The translations under genes and the position numbers were made by a program. 64,000 nt of DNA, taken from positions 736,001 through 800,000 of the forward strand of contig CBDCDA010000002.1 of the NCBI GenBank assembly GCA_965215335.1. The letters run 5' to 3'. This DNA comes from an uncultured Candidatus Entotheonella sp. GTDB taxonomy: Bacteria; Tectomicrobia; Entotheonellia; Entotheonellales; Entotheonellaceae. Numbering within the stretch: position 1 is the stretch's first letter; each line of letters opens with the position of its first letter. Positions 60,006 through 64,000 of this stretch are shown in pieces. The notes beneath the pieces were generated by a model that saw only the letters and a program-made list of their open reading frames with translations, did not search any database and was not told the origin of the DNA.

Positions 60006-60230
60006 ATGACAGACAAACCCACCCTCTACGTTGATTATGAAGGCGGCACTATCCGGGGGCCGCAGGAAATCATCGGACGGCTCTTCGCCACGCCCAAAAC
60101 CAAGACGTGGTCTGGCCCGCCCGAGGCCATCACGGCCATCAGCGATCCGGAACGGCTGCGCCAGACCGCCGAGCGACTGCGCCAGCTTGGCTATCCCCTG
60201 GTCGAGAGCACACCGCCGCAGGCGTCGTAA
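60006..60230 (+). CDS. Small hypothetical protein
   Basis: AAGGA RBS; 74 aa. Confidence 0.5.
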   Translation: MTDKPTLYVDYEGGTIRGPQEIIGRLFATPKTKTWSGPPEAITAISDPERLRQTAERLRQLGYPLVESTPPQAS

Positions 60231-60283
60231 GAGAAGCCGCGCCGTGTGATAAGCTGCCTGAGCCGGCAAAAGGGGGGAATGAC

Positions 60284-60834
60284 ATGGCGGTCACGACGGC
60301 AAAATGGGCGCTGGAAGACTATCACCGCATGGTGGAGGCGGGCTTGATCGAGGGCCGTGCCGTGGAATTGTTGCGCGGAGAAATTGTCGAGATGTCCCCC
60401 GAAGGACCCCCGCATGCTGCCACGAGTTCAGACGCTGGAGATTATCTGTCGGGGTTATTGGACGCCCGCGCCCAAGTGCGTCAGTCGAAACCCACCACCC
60501 TGCCCGCCCTCGTTTCCGAGCCCGAACCGGATTTGGCCATTGTGCGCCGTTTGGGCCGGGCGTATCATCGCCGTCACCCTGCCCCGGAGGATGTCTTCTG
60601 GCTTGTCGAATACGCCCCCATACCAGTCTGAGCAAGGATGTGGACGAAAAGAAGCGGCTCTACGCCGCTGCCGGCATTTCCGAGTATTGGGTCGTCAACC
60701 TGCGAGACAGGACCCTGACGGTTGTCCGCCAGCCCGCCAACGGCACCTACTCGTTCGAGCAGACCTCGAGCCAAGGCGATATCACCCCGTTGGCGTTTCC
60801 CGATTTGGTGGTTTCCATGGGCAGGCTCCTGTAG
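60284..60834 (+). pseudogene. Uma2-family (DUF820) endonuclease, frameshifted near 60615
   Basis: VELLRGEIVEM, EPEPDLA in one frame; K..LYAAAGISEYWVVNL in another; shift lies in a C run (could be a sequencing error). Confidence 0.8.
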
Positions 60835-60865
60835 CCTGTCACACCGAACTACGGTTGTGACGGAT

Positions 60866-62394
60866 GTAAGCGTTCAGAGGGCCGTGCAATGGGAGGGGTT
60901 ATCGTAGAGCCAAGAGAGGTCAGGCGGATGATCGTGCATGAACGCCTCAAGGGCGTCAACCAACACCGAGAAGGTCGATTGTTCCAGTTGCCGACATGTC
61001 TGACGCAGCGACAGACTCCGTTGCACCCAGGCATTGCCCTTGATACTCGCCGTACCCAAGGAACTCTTGCGCCACAACACGCCAAAGCGCAAGGCGCGCT
61101 CCGCCCGGTTGTTGGTCGGCTCAACTCCCGACTCGTTGAGAAACACCCACAACGAACCCAACTCGCGCCGTAAGCACCTCACCAGACGACCGCCATCATC
61201 AGGGCGCAGCCCATAGCGTTTCATCAGACGACACAACCGCGCATACCATGCCTGCCATTGCCCCCCCACTTGGCGGCGCGTGAGCCATCTGACACAAACG
61301 CTGGAGTTCCTGCAGGACCGCCTTGCCACAGGCAGCAAGGCCAGGAGCCTGTCGCTGCGACAACTCCCGGGCACGACGAATGAGATGCGCCAAGCAGGTC
61401 TGACGAGCATTGCCCCAGGCTTGATACACCCCGTAGCCGTCACTGACCAGGATGCCGCGCCAATCCTTGATCAAAGACCCGAAGGCTTCCTGCGAACGCT
61501 TGGGATGAATACGGTACAGGGCGACGGTATCCGTGACCATGCTCCAGAGCCATTGCAAGGCATGGCGGCAGTACCAGGGCATCTCGTCAACGTAGCCCAC
61601 CCGTGCCTTGCGGGCCAAGCGAGCAATGGCCGCATCGTGCGGCACAATAGCCAGGGAGGTACGGTCGATGAGACGCCGAATCGCCCCCAGGCTGATTTGG
61701 CGCACCCAACACCGAGCGACAGAAATCCTGTACGCCGCGCCGGGAGATGCGGTGCATGGCACTGAGTTCGCCAATCAAGGCCGTCAGACGCGGGCCATGG
61801 CCGGTTTGCTGCGCCTTGGGGAGGCGGGCCTTGAGCAGCCGGCCACAGCCTGAACATCGGCCTTGGTGCAAGACCTAGTGGGTGACGTGCAACGCCATGG
61901 GTGGCAACTCCATGACCTGATGGAGGTGATACGGCGCTGTCTGGCCAGGTACGCCCTGGCCGCAGGCACAAGGTCCGGGATGGATGGCCCGCCGCTCGGT
62001 GGGACGGAGCAATCTGGAGCCTGACCCAGGATGGCCCATTCGTGCGCCCCGTTTGCCTGGGGGCTTGTCTTGCTTGCTGACAGGTCTTTGGAAGGGTGAA
62101 TCCGACGAGGGTGGTTTGTCGGATGTCTTGGACGTGCGTTGCAAGCGCTTTTGGAGTTGGTCGATTTGTTCCTGGAGTTGGGCCAGGCGTTGGTGCAGGG
62201 TGAAGAGATAGGCTTGTACAGCCGGTGGTGTGTGCTGCCAATCGGTTTGCGACAGCGACTCAGGCGGTATCGACGGTTCCATTCGGGACTTCCTGAGAAG
62301 GACAACGGGAGAGCGAAAAACGAGTGTGACCGTAGCCCATAATAGGGCCGTCATGCAATAGATACCTGCACACTTGGCCCCCCTGAACGCTTAC
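60866..62394 (-). mobile_element. IS66-family element (single-ORF type) with a multiply frameshifted transposase (60874-62282)
   Basis: TIR GTAAGCGTTCAG at both ends; SDKPPSSD, VDE, SDGYGVY, QTCLAHL, EPTNNRAER. Confidence 0.9.
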
Positions 62395-63350
62395 GGGCAC
62401 ATCCACATCGGTATCCGTGCTGAACAGCACCGCCCGCCGGTGAGTGCGGGTATCGACCACGAGCACCACACGCAGATTGCGCCGAAGATGCACGTGGTTG
62501 AGGACTTGGTGATAGAGCACGACGGCGTCGTCTTGGCTCGCTACACGCTCAAAGCGTGTCAGGTCGTCCCAATGGACCTTGCCGTCATAAGTCTTGGGTC
62601 GCCCGGGTCCTGGGCGTCCCGGTCCTTGGTAGAGATAGCGCAGATTGGCGTCACGGCGCAGCTTGCCAATCTGATGCAGCCCCAGGGCGTGGAGTCCGTC
62701 AAGGAATTTACGTTTGCTGTAATAGCCATCCGTTATCACATGGCGTAGATGATGGAGTTGGTGGTCGCAGACCACGCCTCTCAATTGCGCCAGCCAGTCA
62801 TCGATGCGAGTGCCTTGCACCTCAGAGGTCTTGTCGCTCGGTGGTGTCTGCTCGACACTGAGGCCATAGGCGCAGTTGTCAGTGATGTCGAGCCAGGCCA
62901 CCGCAGAGACTTCCAGACCTTTTTCACTGCGCCGCTGTCGGCTATTCCAGAAGTGCTCAAGACCATAGGTGTGATTGCCACTTTTGGGGATGAAGCTGGC
63001 ATCAATGACCAGAGCCTGTTGATGCTCGGGCGCGATGACCTGGGTAATCGCCGCCTTGTTGAGTGAGACGAAGTCGAAGGGGCGGTCGTACCAGCGCGCG
63101 AAGGTGCGCTCATGATACGAACTGTAGCGGCTGAGATTACGAAACGTGGCATGGCCGGGAAGCATCGGTAGAAGCCCCAATAGATGGGCGATGAATTTGC
63201 GTTGCGGTTTCTTGGTTTGGGCCAAGGTCGGCAGTACACTTTGAAGCAGTCGCACGGGACACCTCCATTCTTTGGTTGCGTGGGCTAACACAACTATGGA
63301 ATTGGAGAACCCGTGCGACTACCTTGCTCTCAAAACTGTCCGAAGTATTG
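62395..63350 (-). mobile_element. DDE insertion sequence (IS4/IS701-like), 3'-truncated by IS66; transposase starts at 63255
   Basis: VIDASFIPKSG, TDGYY motifs; end CAATACTTCGGACAG at 63350; similarity to the second copy stops at the IS66 TIR. Confidence 0.85.
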
Positions 63351-63357
63351 ATGCTGA

Positions 63358-64000
63358 CAATAGGTCGGACAGAATTTAGGCCGCCCTGTCAGTGATCGTG
63401 CCATAGTTGCAAAGGTCTTGGTATTCGGGGCTGGATTTTTCCAGGCTATGCCCTTCGGCTAGATGCTGAGAAATTCGCTCAAGCAGGTGTTGGTTGAAAG
63501 CGCGCCGTTTGACACTCGCCATGGAAAACCCTGCCTCGCTACCACCGCTTTGCTGCCGAGCTTCCAGTTTGCCCAAGGTCAGAGCACTCAGGCTCGCATT
63601 GAAGTGAACGTGCAGTTTGGCTTGGGAACGCGCTTGACAGGCACTCAGAGACGTAAACTGCTTGGCGTCTCGAAAGAGAAATTCGATCTGGAAGCGCGCT
63701 TTGTAGGCGCGATAAAGCGCCTGCGCATCCATGTCGGTGTCGGTGCTGAACAGCACCGCTTGCCGCTGGCTGCGGGTATCGACCACCAGGACGACACGCA
63801 GATTGCGCCGAAGATGCACGTGGTTGAGGACTTGGTGATAGAGCACGACGGCGGCGTCTTCGCTCGCTACACGCTCAAAGCGTGCCAGGTCGTCCCAATG
63901 AACCTTGCCGTCATAGGTCTTGGGTCGTCCGGGTCCTGGGCGTCCCGGTCCTTGGTAGAGATAGCGCAGATTGGCGTCACGGCGCAGCTTGCCAATCTGA
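63358..64000 (-). mobile_element. Second copy of the same DDE IS (3' part; transposase 63376 to >64000)
   Basis: YKARFQIEFLFRDAKQ (YREK) motif; end CAATAGGTCGGACAG at 63358; DNA similar to 62395-62675. Confidence 0.85.

Overview
GC-rich bacterial DNA in two parts. (1) Positions ~1-27,500 are the right-hand part of an integrative conjugative element (ICE). It carries ssb, a 38/44/45-bp tandem-repeat tract, and a minus-strand F-type-like T4SS operon (traA-L-E-K-B-V-C, a peptidoglycan-binding protein, traH/G/U-like genes, HU, the traD coupling protein, a TraF-like protein and an apparently catalytically degenerate MobH-like relaxase). It ends in an excisionase/tyrosine-integrase pair. Its cargo is three separate head-to-tail arrays of variable paralogues: C-terminally anchored coiled-coil genes (<1-995), Zn-ribbon cassettes behind a duplicated ~245-bp leader (21.0-23.4 kb), and five N-terminally anchored coiled-coil genes. 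In the last four of these five the 11-residue repeat number steps 3-2-1-0 toward the integrase, and a hidden 27-33-codon ORF sits in the spacers. These arrays are the best candidate for an undescribed system. (2) Positions ~27,600-64,000 are host chromosome. Two ISAs1 copies bracket a cobalt-type nitrile hydratase operon. Beyond them are metabolic genes, a sufR-C-B-D-Rieske-sufT-sufE cluster without sufS, recQ, purM, several pseudogenes and a nested IS66/DDE-IS cluster. All calls come from motif recognition by eye; no database searches were run.
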